A stretch of DNA of 64,000 nt from Lytechinus pictus (lineage: Eukaryota), in the NCBI RefSeq assembly GCF_037042905.1, contig NC_087252.1:10604001-10668000 (forward strand), given 5' to 3'. Each line of letters starts with the position of its first letter. Position 1 is the first letter of the stretch. The notes under the pieces are model-generated. The model had not been told where the DNA came from, did not search any database, and saw only the letters and a program-made list of their open reading frames with translations. The position numbers were made by a program, and so were the translations under genes. Shown here piece after piece: positions 1 to 12,800 of the stretch.

Positions 1-457
1 TTAATTTGAAATAAAGATGGTAATAATTATCGGTCGTGGAGGGATATTTTTTTTACCACCAGCTCTGTCTCAATCATCTGTAATTTAGAATAGAGATGTA
101 CAGTATAACTTCACAACGTGTATAAACTGGGAATACAGATCCCTAATACTGGGTATTAAGAATTGATATTCTCTACCACGGAATGTAATTGACTTTCCCT
201 CTTGGGATTATCTAGGTATACCTTATACATTCAGGTAGTTCAAGAAATGCAGCTTGGATTGGCAGCCCCTCGAAAAAGGCTTTTCCACCTCCTCCCCCCC
301 CCCCCCCATTATTAAAGGCCTTTTCAGTACTATGGAGATTGGCCAATTTTGTGTATTTAATCAATCACTTCCAATAAGTGAAATAAATGAATTATTAAAT
401 ACCAGACTGAATAAGATTTGTAATGAATCTTGAGAACAAATTAGATGGTCCCTAATT

Positions 458-659
458 GGTTCCATGACGTTTGCTCCTGCGACAATTCCTCCGCTTTAAA
501 TTCCACCTACTAAATCAAATCACCAACTTCAACCCTGGGTTCAACACTGTACCTTTAATACCCTAAACCTAAACATAAAACCCTATTACCACCCTAACCC
601 TACATCTTAGACGAAATTAAGTCCGGAGCAAATGTCGTAGGAGGAAATGTCTTGTCACC
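458..659. mobile_element. Small MITE-like element with imperfect TIRs and an internal CCTAACCCT-like tract
   Basis: Left GACGTTTGCTCCTGCGACAATTCCTCCG is an imperfect inverted match to right CGGAGCAAATGTCGTAGGAGGAAATGTC. Confidence 0.6.
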
Positions 660-3390
660 CCTCGTCATGTATGTGAACGGGGTACGGCATGAATGACGTA
701 ATGCATAATGGGAGCAATCGGCTGGTTGGGATCGGAAAGAGAATCAGTGACTGGGAATAGAACCTTGTGAATATATGTGACATGTGCTGGTGCATGCAAC
801 TCATTCTGTGGCAAGGTAGATATTTGTTGTCAATTATCGAACTTGTTACATGTGTAGAGCATGTCATTTTTGTTCACCATGTTATTTTTATTGAATGGAT
901 TGTTTTAAACAAACAATAGCAGCGAAAAGGTTGAATTTCATTCAGTTTAAACAGGAACATACATGAACATACAACGGGAAATTATCCGCCCTGCCAAACA
1001 AAAAATAATGTAGCAATTTTTCTTTTGTCTCCAGCTTTGTCATTTTCACAGTGAGTGTTTTTTTTTATTGGTTATGAAGTTCATCAAGTTTTATCATGTC
1101 AATCATTTTTGGCAAAGAAAAATTGTAAATTCCCAAACCCCAAATATCAAATGGAGATTTGATATTTAATTTGTCTTATCTGTCTCTACAAATTTATACA
1201 TAAAGTGCTGCTCTGGTTAATCATGTAAATAGCTTGTTGATTTGTTTGATTTATATTGTAATTTATATTTTGATCAATAAAGATTGAAAGAAAAAAAAAA
1301 GATTTGAATATATCAAATGTATATCATTCAACTCTCTCAGCTTGGGAGCTGGGAGCCTGTTGTTCTTAACAAATGTATTAATCATTCTAGTCTTTCATTA
1401 ATTTTTCCATTCATAGAAAGGACCTCCACCTTCCCACTGCTATTTTCTTCTTGTTTAATCAAACTATTAGTCATTTGTAACTTTGCAGTCCATTGAAAAC
1501 ATCCTCCCCTTTCCATTTCTCCTTTTCTCGTGTCTATTCATTCCATTCTTGTCAGTTGTTAATTTATTATTTTTTTTTTACTAAGGCCATCGCAATGCAT
1601 ATCGATAGTGCCCCAACGAAAAATCTCCTCTCATTATATCACAATCCATTTGCAATTCTCATCTCATCTGCATTGTAAATGGATGAAAGCTAATAAGTGT
1701 GAAGGACATTTATCTCTGAGGTGTGAATGCACCCTGAGGAGGCAGGTGCTGTCTTTGTGCCACACTTGTTTGATGCAATCAGCAAGGTGGGCACTTTCAC
1801 ACCAAGCAAGATATTATATTGATGCGGTACAGCAGCAGAACCTTTTAATCACGGGTGTTGAGCATTATCATTTTAGTCATTATGCCGAGCGACAATATTT
1901 TTTTTTGGGGGGTGGGTCAAATTGAAAAAAAAAAAACAAATAAAAAAATTACAAAATAAGGAAGTCATAGAATGGCAGAGCCATTGTATTTGGGCATAAA
2001 TGAACAGTTTAGGAGCAAGTTTTCTTTGGGGGATACAAATGGAGAACGACTGTTCTTTCAAGTAAACCCCAATGAAAAGAGGCTTTTAAATATTTTCACT
2101 TTTCTCTTCAGTGCTACACTTTCAAGATGCAGTGAGCAAAATCAATCCATTATTACATCAATCAATCACCTTTACTTTCCTACCTTTGTTATTTATTTCC
2201 AAATGAGGTGAAGCATTGAGTATGATTTAAACCTCCGTGAACATCCTAAATTAAGCGTTCATTGCCAATTTTATGTAGGTGAGCATTCTTATTTTATTGG
2301 TCATTGGGTTATAGATTAGTTTTGACTTCTGAAAGTGCCCTTGGAAGTGCAACAAATAACAAATTTAAATTACAAGTGTACTTTACGGACTTATCATCTT
2401 ACATTACAAATTAATAACATAACCCTAGTTATTGGATTGACAATTCTACCCATCCAATGCACTCTACTCCTATTAGTTTTGTAGTCGGTCAACATTTTAT
2501 TTATGCACAATTGCTTTTCAAATCCTTATGACACATTCTCTTTTGCCCTTGGAAGTATTCTGTTTTTCACCTGGGTAAAAAAGGGCAGATTACCTTGAAT
2601 ATGGTAGACTTGGGACCTTTGTATTTTTTCCGGCTGTATTTTCTATTAAAAGTTGAAATAAGATAAAGCCAGACAAAATTACTGCTTATAGGGCCATTAT
2701 TTTTTTCATGAAATGTAATTATAATGTTTTGATGTGAAGTTATCTCATTGGTGTAAATTAAAAGAGCCTGTTGTGATTATGGTGTACCAGTTATCGCTGC
2801 TATTACCTTCTGAAGCCCCCTTCAGACACAAGGCAATAAATTGAGCTGGATAACTAGTGGAAACGTGACACTTAAATCAATAGTGACCAAGAGTGCTGTG
2901 GATGGTCCAGCTACAGGGAAACTGACCCTTCTGAATGTTTGGTGTGGTGGGTTGCTTACACATGCTAAGATAAGAAAGTGTATGCATTCTACATGTAAAA
3001 CCCCTCAATTATGAGTACCCAGTTCCTTTTTTGCTTGAATGTGCCTTGTTACATTAAAAACTTGTCATCAATGAATAAAAACTTTCCCTTTGATTGCCAA
3101 TTTTTAGTCAATTTCATGGATCACTCTGTAAGTTGCAATGAAATGCTACGTGTAGTTGATGGAGGCAGCGTAAGAAAAATACATGAGGGCGACGGTTGAT
3201 GTTGCCCTCATGTTACCCCAAATCGCCCCCTTAAATTCCCCCAAAATGCATGCTTTGGGGCTACCATTCTTTCTAGAGTCGCCCCAAGATCTGCCACAAA
3301 CGATTTTCAAGATTATTTAGAAAATCAATATTCTAACTATGGCAGAATAATGATATTTGTCTTTACTGCATAATTGCTTGTTACCCATAA

Positions 3391-3468
3391 AAATAATAAT
3401 AATAATAATAATAATAATTAGACTTATATCGCGCAAAATCCACTCTGTAGAGTGCTCAAGGCGCTTTT
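3391..3468 (-). mobile_element. 5'-truncated L2/CR1-type LINE or SINE 3' tail with (ATT)n end
   Basis: Minus strand reads AAAGCGCCTTGAGCACTC...GCGCGATATAAGTCTA followed by an (ATT)n run, the same tail style as the SINEs in this window. Confidence 0.55.
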
Positions 3469-6130
3469 TAGGAAATTATAAAAGAAATAGCTCTTAAGTT
3501 AAAATGAAAGAAATAACCCCTAGAATTCCTCAATTGCCCCAATTGAAAACAAAGATAGCCCCTAAAAATAAAAATCATTTCCTACCTTGGATGGAGCATG
3601 CATGTAATTGGAGTGGGGACTTTTACCCCCTTCTTGTTTTCACAGTTTTATTGTTAACTGCGCATCTTCTAAAATAAAAAAAACAAGATTGACTGTTGCT
3701 GAAAAATTATAATTTTAAACAAAAGAAATATTGAGATGCATCTGTGTTTTGTAGACATACATGTATTGTGTTAAGTCTGCAACAAACATGTTAAACGCTC
3801 AATTCTCAAGTGTTAACACACCCCACCAACCCATATTCAGTATCAAAATGCATGAACATGTACATAAGCCAAGATATTGGCACCTTTCCTAAATTTACAC
3901 GCTTCCACTCTTCGGTAATCTCGATGAGTGATATCTAAATGAGACCGAGAGCCCTCCTCCGCCAGAAAATTTTCCTCCCAATTTCTGCGAGTCTATGTTG
4001 GTTTTGAGCAGTCAATGTTGGAGACATTGCGGAGTAAATATGCTCGTCGCCATGATTTCGTTTGTGCAGATCAATAAAAGGTTGCATTTCATTGCACAAT
4101 TTTGTCTTGTAGTTTGGAAAGGAAATTCGGGGGATGGGAAATGGATATTATATTACCCACAGTAGGTAATGCTGATTACAGCTGTAGTCTTGAAATATCA
4201 ATATTGAAGCTCACTTTAGAAATATTTTAGTAGATGTAGTATTTTGTGATGAGAAAAAAACATTCATTTTCTCTGTTCTATGCTTTTGAATGAACATACA
4301 TTGTATGTTCATCAATGATACAAGACAAATAAATTGTTTGTAAAGAAACACAAATGTTTTTTTTTCATTTATTTTTGTGATTGCACATGAAAAGAACACT
4401 TTTGATATATATCTAAGAGATGTTGATTACACATTAAACCAATGAGTAGGACAGTTTTATGAACTATTTATTCTCAAACTAATCTGTTGGTGAAATCCCC
4501 CCCCCTAAAAAATACATCCTGTTTTTGTAAGAATGTAGATGATTTTTTTTTTTTATCTGAAAGCATTTGTAATGACAATTTTTAAGAGAATTTCAAATAT
4601 GTCTACATATTTCTTCGACAAAAATAGCTTTAGAGTGAACTTTCCAAGATCAGATGATACATTTTCATTGCCATATAATGCAATTTATCTGAAGTGAAAC
4701 ATTTCACACAAGGCCTTAAGATCATTGAGACCTCAGAATCCGAGGATAGATGGATAGCCATAATCTATTGGTTGCATGTCGTGCTTAGATATTTAAGCCC
4801 TTGGCATCCTTCAAATGCATTATCGTTCTATAAGAACAAGAAAGATGTATCTCCATTCTGATCAGAGTCAAAGGGTCATTTTAAGTTTGGTGTTTAATAG
4901 AGATAGTGTTGGTGTCGGTGTTTGGAATCCAAGTATAGCTTCTGTATTTCCACCTAAAATTCAAAATGTGTTTATAAAAGTAATGAAAATCACATTATTG
5001 TGATACTAGTAATCCGACACAACACCTAATATTGACATTAAGTCCAGCACCAGTATCAAAGCCAGGTTTATTGTCTGGTATGGTGTCGGTGTTAGGTTCT
5101 TGAACCTAAATGTAGCGCCAACATATACGTACATGTATACATGTAGAGTTTGATACAAAAAACTAGTCTAAAAAATTGGTATCTATAGTACATGTATACA
5201 CCCACTGATAAAATCAATTCCAGCACCAGTATTATTTCATATTCGATCATAATTATAGTTGTATGTGTTAGTGTTGTGAGTAAGAGTGTTAATTTTATAA
5301 CCTAGCTCAAAACACCACATATCGGTCATAGTGAGATGGTCAAAGAAATTACATCTATTGACAGCAGTGTCTTTAATAGCACTAGTATCATTCAGGTTTG
5401 GTGTTGGCATTGGTGACAAGAATGTAAATTGATATACATATCCAACATTGAATAGGTTCATTAACAAAATTGCTATCCAAACTCTATGACTAATTCTAAC
5501 TCTAATCCCCACCCTTTAATTCTGAAGAAAAAAAAACCCTACATGTCACAGAGACAGTGTTGTGTCTCTATATATACAAGAAGAAACATTATCACATGTC
5601 TTTGAAGTGGAAGAGAAAATAAAGGTCAGAAAGGTCTTGTGAATGGTAATCTAGTTTGGACCGTTTGCGGTGGAGAGGATAGGATGTCTAAATCCGGCGT
5701 TAGATCTTTCTCATTCTTCCATCATTTTGTTGCATTGTCTGGCTCTCTCAGACAATATAACGCACTCTATTTACACGCAAGTCTAATGGAGGTTCAAGTT
5801 TAATGGAATTTCCAATTTAAGATAACCCATACATGGTTAGTGTAAAGTTTCAGACCCTTTTGGAAAATAAAGTGATGTCTCTGCTTTGATTCTCGGCTTG
5901 ATGAAATTTGTTTAGAGGGAGGTACAGAATTTGTAATCTCTTTGAATATTGAATAACCATTTTCCAGGCAGATCCAGAAGTGATATTTTTACATGTACGT
6001 ATTCTTATCATTCTTGTATCCTAGTAGATAATTTTTGTTGCATTATTTGTCAGTCAATCCAATGCATTTTAAACAAACATTAAATAGACAAAAAAATTTA
6101 GTTTGACCAGGCTACATTATGTTGGTTTAG

Positions 6131-6476
6131 TGGAAGAGCCATGGTGCAGTGGTTCTGACTCTCGCCTTGTAAACAGGGGGTTGTGTGTTCGAAACCACCG
6201 TGGTCTAGCATCCTTTGGCAAGGCGTTAATCCACTCTTTCCCACTCTCGACCCAGGTGCTAAATGGGTACCCGGTAGGATGCAAAAGTTATATATGTTTG
6301 AATTTGCCAGCGCCATTGTGAGGCTGCAATGAATGCGAGGAATGGTCCCCAGAGGCACAAATTGTGCACTTTTTGTGCGAGATTGAAAAGAATCCAATGA
6401 CGAGGGTAGTAATATTCTGTAAAGCGATTTGAGCCGTTATGGGAAAAGCGCTATATAAAAACTAGCTATTATCATT
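6131..6476 (+). mobile_element. tRNA-derived SINE with CORE-like central domain and L2-like tail
   Basis: A-box-like TGGTGCAGTGG, B-box-like GTTCGAAACC, CORE-like CCTTTGGCAAGGC...ACCCAGGTGCTAAATGGGTACC, tail AAAGCG...AAGCGCTATATAAA...TATTATCATT; related copy at 11692-12045. Confidence 0.8.
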
Positions 6477-8820
6477 TAATTTGTATTGGATAAATGCAAG
6501 GAGATTTGTGCATGTTTGTAACAGGTGTCTTCTTTCATCAGAGAAGCATTACTTTCAAAGTTTACATTTAATGAAACCAAAGCAATATTGAAACTCTGAA
6601 TATGTAATTTACATGTAACTTAATATTTGTATGCAAATTATTTATACCAACCCCACATACTTAACTTACATAGCATTCATTAGGGAAGATAGATAGAATC
6701 CTACCTCAAGGGTCTGTATATCACAGACTATACTTTTACATGTATCTCTTGTACACTTATTCTGAAGTGCCTTATCAATGTTAGATATGAACTTACTACA
6801 CACCTGAATATGTTCATTTCCTGTTGGGATAATACAGTGCATGTGCATGTATCTCTGCATGGCCATTTAAAAACAATTTAAGGAATGTTCAGGCCTAAAA
6901 AAATATGTAAGGCCACCCTTATACGACTGACTGTAAAATGCCAAAAAAAAGGGTCACAAATTTTTGTTCTTTTCATAGCAGGCCCCAAATCTGCAAATGC
7001 AATGTTTTTGTGAGAAAATGTCAGATTTGGGTGAAGGATCGACTTAAACCCCATTTGCTATTTTGTACTAATTCCTTTCATATTCATGGGCATGGCCTTT
7101 GTTTAATGTTCATTACACTCTCTCAGCCACTCAGATTCTTTTCATTGTTTCTTTGCTTCAAATGTACACTTCTCTTTATGTCTCCATATCATCTCATCTC
7201 CAACTTGTCTTTATTTGATATTGCATAAATTTATCTCTCACCCTACTTGCATCGAGCCCCCAGCAAACTCAGCATGCTCCTTTTCTCATTCATTAGTAAC
7301 TTACTATTGCCTGCTATGCTGCTAAGACCTCACATGCTTCCTCAGTCATTAGTAACTTGCTATTGCCCCTCGATGACTTAACATAATGTATGATGTCACA
7401 GCAACGTCTCCAAAATCTAATTATCACCTGGGGTAGAGCAAACCTGCAAACCTTGGCACAGGACGGCTCTTATCTTGTTATCCTGGGTCGCTCGCCTTTA
7501 GGCTCTGTACCATTTTAGCGACCTAATTTTATCAGATGCTCTGAAGGTTATTGCTATATTATAATATTAAAAATGGGCTAGCTTAGCTTTTTGCTCTCCA
7601 GTTTTCCTCCCTATTTCTATAAAACTCTCCCTTATCTTTTTCTAACCATGTTATTTCCCTCTCTTAGATGGATATTTCTTTGGTGATTATTTCAGTAGTC
7701 TAGTTCGTCCCCTGTCCAAGTTTTTGTGTCTTTCATGACAAAAAAAAAAAACTTTTATCACTTCCTTTCATTCTTTCTTTGGCTCTTGTGATAGTTTGAT
7801 TTTGAAATGTATGACAAATTCTTATAATGTCAGTTTTGTTGACTGGGCTGCTGATAATTACTCTCATTGCCAATAATGCTTCCTGAAAATTTGGTAATTG
7901 ATGCTTTAAAATACCAATATCAAGGACATTTTTTTATGTAGTTTCACAGGAATTTATCAAGTGACTTTCTGATTTATTTGTATGAATTATGTTAGCATTC
8001 CTTCCTATTAAAAAGCTTTAACATGATACAAGTGAAAAACAAATAAAAATAGCATATATTCATGCAGGGCTTATAAAACAAATCAAAGGCCAAGGTTTTT
8101 TTTTTTTTACATTTGTGCTCCAATATAGAAATGCACCTTTAATACAGAATAGTGCCCTTGCCTCCAAAATATTGAAATACATGCATGCACATGTATCTCT
8201 GTTCAACTGTTCCGGGCAGATCAATTAGTTTCAACATCGTTATCCCATTGACATGCATGGCCCATGCGCTTCTCTTCCTGCCCAGGCGAGAGAAGATTTG
8301 GATGTGATTAAAAAATTATCGGGTCGGTATTTTACGTGTCATATTGCTTCCTGCCCAATTTCACAGTGAATTCACAATAAGGTATTACTATTCAAGTGGG
8401 AAATTTCTATGGATGATTACTATTCACATCTTGCAGTCTTTTGTTGATTTAGGTGCGGTATATGAAATTCTCTAGATGGATATGTTTCCCTTTCTTGTCC
8501 AAGAATATAACCATATTTGCCTGAACCTAATTTTGCTCAGCTCTAATGTACCGATACAATTGGGTTTTTGTTGGGTGTGGTGGGGGAGGAGGGGCACTTG
8601 GTAAGGAAGTTGATGTTTTGTAAAAAAAATCATGGCATATGTATTTCTAACATGGTAATTGGCATAAATATATCTTCAATATCTTTCAGATCACACTTCA
8701 TAAAAAACTGAAATCAAATTGATGACAAAATTTATGTCATATTGAACTTTTTTTTACTTGTTCGATCAAATCTACAGCTTTATTATAGTGTGAATGGGGT
8801 CGTTGATGCACTGTATAGTA

Positions 8821-10121
8821 GGGGAGACCGGGGTTAGTTGGAACATTTTTGACAGAAATGGCTGTAAAATCCAAATAGATTTTATTCGAGAAACAATCGA
8901 TATATCAGCTTGAAGCATATATCTCAGGGCTTCAAATGTACCCCATAAAATTTTTAACTCCATTATGGTTACTGAAAAAATCAAACTTGAACAAGACCAT
9001 CGCAAACGTTCCAACTTACCCCCATATCGGGGTAAGTTGGAACATGGTATGGGGTAAGTTGGAACACTGCATGGTCAATTAAGAATTATACTTAAACTAC
9101 TTAAAACTGTAATATCACATGGTTTTAGCCTATTTGCTTTATCTTATTCAAGTTCAAAATATTAAAGTGTGGATTCATTGAAATTTAGGCTTTCTATTAT
9201 ACAGCCATCCACACAAGCAGACTGTGTAGTAGAATTCCGCATATTTGGGTGCATTTGAGTTTACATGCAATTAGGTGTACTCTCAGCAATTTCATGTACT
9301 TCTGCATCAAATTTATAAGACAAAAATTAATTGTTTATATTTTTTTCATAATTAATTATGCAAATAAGCATATTAAATATTCCTGAAATTTGCTTTTTTT
9401 GGTATGTTTTTGCCTTTAACTCTAATTATTAAGCTAGTAGAATGCTAATTTTTGGTGAGAGTATCAATTTTCACATTTATAACAAATATCCACCAAAAAT
9501 TCAAAAAATTTAATTTATTATGTATTTTTTATTATTTTTTTTTTATTTGTATTTTTGTTTTCCGAACTTTGTTTTTTCCGATGGACTTTGTCAGGAGTCT
9601 TTTGCGATCATAAATAGTGAATCTATTTGAACCAGCAAAAGTAAATCATACATTTAAGACTTTTGGTTGAAAAATTATGATGTTTGATTATGATGTTTAG
9701 GGTAAGTTGGAACATGTTCCAACTAGCCCCTTCAACTTTGTTCCAACTAACCCCGGAGGCCCATTTGACATTTATAAGCTTACAGCACAAAAAAGGGACT
9801 TCACCATGGCATATTAATAACCTCATTTTGTAGCTTGGTATAAGTGTCTATTATACCCCCAAACTGGCCAACTTGATCTATAAACTTCTCTGAGATAATC
9901 AAACATTTCTGAACGAGAAAAAAATTACTCAGAAGGTCAAAAAACAAAAATTTGTTTCTAACTTCACCAGGCTTGTTGCACATGTGTTGTCTGTAATATG
10001 GTGGATGGCTCTTGATAATGACAATAACTTGAGGGCAGTATTGCAGAAATTTATTTAAAGACGTTAAAGAAAATTACAATGTTTCAACTTACCCCATGTT
10101 CCAACTAACCCCGGTCTCCCC
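8821..10121. mobile_element. Non-autonomous TIR DNA transposon (~1.3 kb, TA-flanked, probably Tc1/mariner-pogo group)
   Basis: Perfect TIR GGGGAGACCGGGGTTAGTTGGAACAT / ATGTTCCAACTAACCCCGGTCTCCCC, TA on both sides, internal GGTAAGTTGGAACA copies at ~9030-9065 and ~9700. Confidence 0.85.
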
Positions 10122-11691
10122 TATACTCTGGAGTCATTAGCCTTGTTATTACAGCTTTTCCCTTCATGGACTCTTGCTGCCATGTTTATTCAGTCAACCT
10201 TTGAAAACAAGCATCATTTCTTCATCCACTTGCTTTTATCGCTTCTTCAACTGTCTGAAGTGGTTTTCAATGTTATGCTGTAATATATAGTGCGCCACTG
10301 AATAGGCAACCAGATAATCGGTGCCTCATGGATGTTATATGTTATTATTATTATGCAGCTATTTGCTTAATTGAGTATGTTTAAGGGCTGTCCCACAAGG
10401 GTCATGGGCATCCCCTCTATTAATCCTTTTTTATGACCAAAGAGAATAATGAAGAGGGTCCCCAAAAGGAAATATAAAAGAGAGGAAAAGCAAGGGGGGG
10501 GAGAATTGAAGAGAGAGGGGGCTTTACCAGAGAATGGCATATTCTCCTGCCCAAATTTGTTTAATTATTGAAGAATTCAAAGGCCCTCTTGCTGCCTCTT
10601 TTCATACAGCTGGCAGCTCAGCCTGACACCCTCGGAAATTCTTTAACAATTAAACCAACTAATACATGTATAAGAGATTGGTTGCAATCTGGGACCTAAT
10701 AGTTTACGTTGGCTTTCATGGGCCAAGAGCTGATTTTGAAGGGAAAAAGCCATTAATCCTATCATGCAATAAACTGTAGGAACATAATTATGTTGAACAA
10801 CCTATCAGTGGGATGAATTATTTTTCACTATCCACACTGTACACACAATACATAGACAGTACAACTTTTAAAAAACGTGGTGTAAACATACATACATGTA
10901 AACTCCCCCTTTTTGGGATAGCATGTTGTGATGGTAAACTAGATACATGTAACCATGCTGTTATACGCGGTGTACATTGATGTTCCGACACTGCAAACAG
11001 AAATGTAAGACACAATGCATTGTGGAAGTGAACCGACATAGTTTAAGATTACAGGAATGAAACGAGAGAGCCATTGCATGCTGAAAACCTCTTGACGAAT
11101 ATTATGTTCCATTGTGGTTTGTTGGACATGTAATTTACATTGATTTTCACCGTCTAGAAATAGTTTCTTCCCGACAGGATTGAATTAGAAGAACTTTGAA
11201 GCTCAGCAGAGTGCCGTAGATTTGTGTGTGGGGAAGGGTTTCTGAGTGATTGTACTTCAAGCGTTGATGTCTGGAAGTGGTCTTTGTGTTTGTTTCCTAT
11301 GTATTTTTGAGAAGTTGTATTGACTTCCATGTAATATCATTATTCCACAAAGTTGCACATTGTAGTACCTTGGAATTTAGAAACTTGTAAATCAATTGCT
11401 GTTCGTTGTTAGTTTCCTGCAATAAGGTGCCCTAATTTTAATATTCTAAGGTTATCTATATAATAAAAATCACGAAATAGCACGAAACTTGCAATCAATT
11501 GTGAATAAATTTTGGTCAACAAATCATAAGTTTTGCATATGATGGCTATTCTTTATATTTTATTAAAAAGTTTTTGTCCTGTTTTTTTTTTTTTTTTGGC
11601 TACATTTAAATTGTATGTACAGCAAAAATTGGTCAACCTACTGCAGATTTGCTATTGAAATTTGCAAACAATTCCTTGTTACTTGATATTG

Positions 11692-12045
11692 ATAATAATA
11701 ATATCCCGCATTTATAGACGCTTAACACATCGGAACAACATCTCTAAGCGCTGCACAGATATATTATTACCCCGGTCATCGGATCCATACATGCCTGTAT
11801 ACAATGTATGCACCATCTCCACTCCCTGGGGAGCATTCCAACAAGAGTTCCAAGACTCATTTGCAAGGCATACTACATAGGCTTTCGCATCTTACCGGAT
11901 ACCCATTTAACACCTGGGTGGAGAGTGGCAAATTGTGGATTGACGCCTTGCTAAAGGACGCTACATGTAGGCCATGGTGGGATTCGAACACACGACCCTC
12001 TGATTACAAGGCGAGAGTCAGAACCGCTACACCACGGCGTTTCCA
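11692..12045 (-). mobile_element. tRNA-derived CORE-like SINE, second copy in opposite orientation
   Basis: Reverse complement shares the head and CORE-like region with 6131-6476 (GGTTCTGACTCTCGCCTTGTAA, GTGTGTTCGAA, ACCCAGGTG-TAAATGGGTA) and ends in an ATT-repeat tail. Confidence 0.8.
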
Positions 12046-12096
12046 TTATATTGAAATAATGAACCTCTCCTTTTCCATTTTTTTTTCTTGATGCAG

Positions 12097-12282
12097 GCAT
12101 CCACTAAGGCAGATCCCCCCAAACCAGCAAACCAAGAGGAGGAGGAGGAAGTCGACATTGACCTCGGTGACCCTGATGTCCAAAACGCAGCTCTCAAAAT
12201 CCAGGCAGGGTTCCGCGGCATCAAGGCCCGAAAAGAAGTCAAAGACGTCAAGGGCAAGGAAAGCAAGCCAGGAAGTTCCTAG
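12097..12282 (+). CDS. Terminal coding exon of an acidic/IQ-motif calmodulin-binding protein (PEP-19/neurogranin/Igloo/Sp17-like); upstream exons not identified in window
   Basis: Strong acceptor TTTTTTTTCTTGATGCAG at 12096, phase 0; encodes EEEEEVDIDLGDPDVQNAALKIQAGFRGIKARKEVK (IQxxxRGxxxR) to TAG; GC-rich relative to flanks. Confidence 0.85.
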   Translation, partial: ASTKADPPKPANQEEEEEVDIDLGDPDVQNAALKIQAGFRGIKARKEVKDVKGKESKPGSS

Positions 12283-12471
12283 AATCGTTCAAGAACTCTT
12301 GATATAGAATATTTTATACTCATTATTTAATCCTATGAAATGACTAGAGAGCCGACACTATTTATACTCGTCAAGTAGACGGCATCAGATATTTACAAAT
12401 TTAGAAACGTGAGAGTTATAGAGGGCTAGCCATGGTTGATAGAAAGCGAATGTTGAGGGGAAAATGAACAG

Positions 12472-12800
12472 CAGGCCCTGTTGCAAAATGTGTTGCACTT
12501 AAAGCAATTAAAAGATTAAACACAACTCTAAAATCCTCACTTCTGATTGGTTAAAACTCAAGTTGCGACTAATATTTAGGGTTGTGTTTGATTGCAACTG
12601 TATTTGCAACATACCCCCTGATGGATGACTTTAAGAAGATGTGAAACAAAAAAAAATCCTCCTGGCCCTGTTGCAAACCGTTAAAAGATTAAAAGATTAA
12701 ACACAACTCTAAAATCCACACTTCTGATTTGTTAAAAGTCAAGTTGTTCCTGAGTTTTAGTGTTGTGTTTGATTGCCCTCCTTATGCAACAGAACCCCTG
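12472..12800. mobile_element. Two adjacent related ~145-bp palindromic MITE-like copies in the probable 3' UTR
   Basis: Both begin CWGGCCCTGTTGCAAA, share TTAAAAGATTAAACACAACTCTAAAATCC and end TGCAACA..CCCCTG (12472-12620, 12662-12800). Confidence 0.6.

Noticed and set aside
560..605. Interstitial telomere
   Set aside because: Only degenerate CCTAA motifs inside a TIR element.
6131..6205. tRNA gene (also at 11970-12045)
   Set aside because: The tRNA-like head runs straight into a CORE-like domain and LINE-type tail, so it is a SINE.
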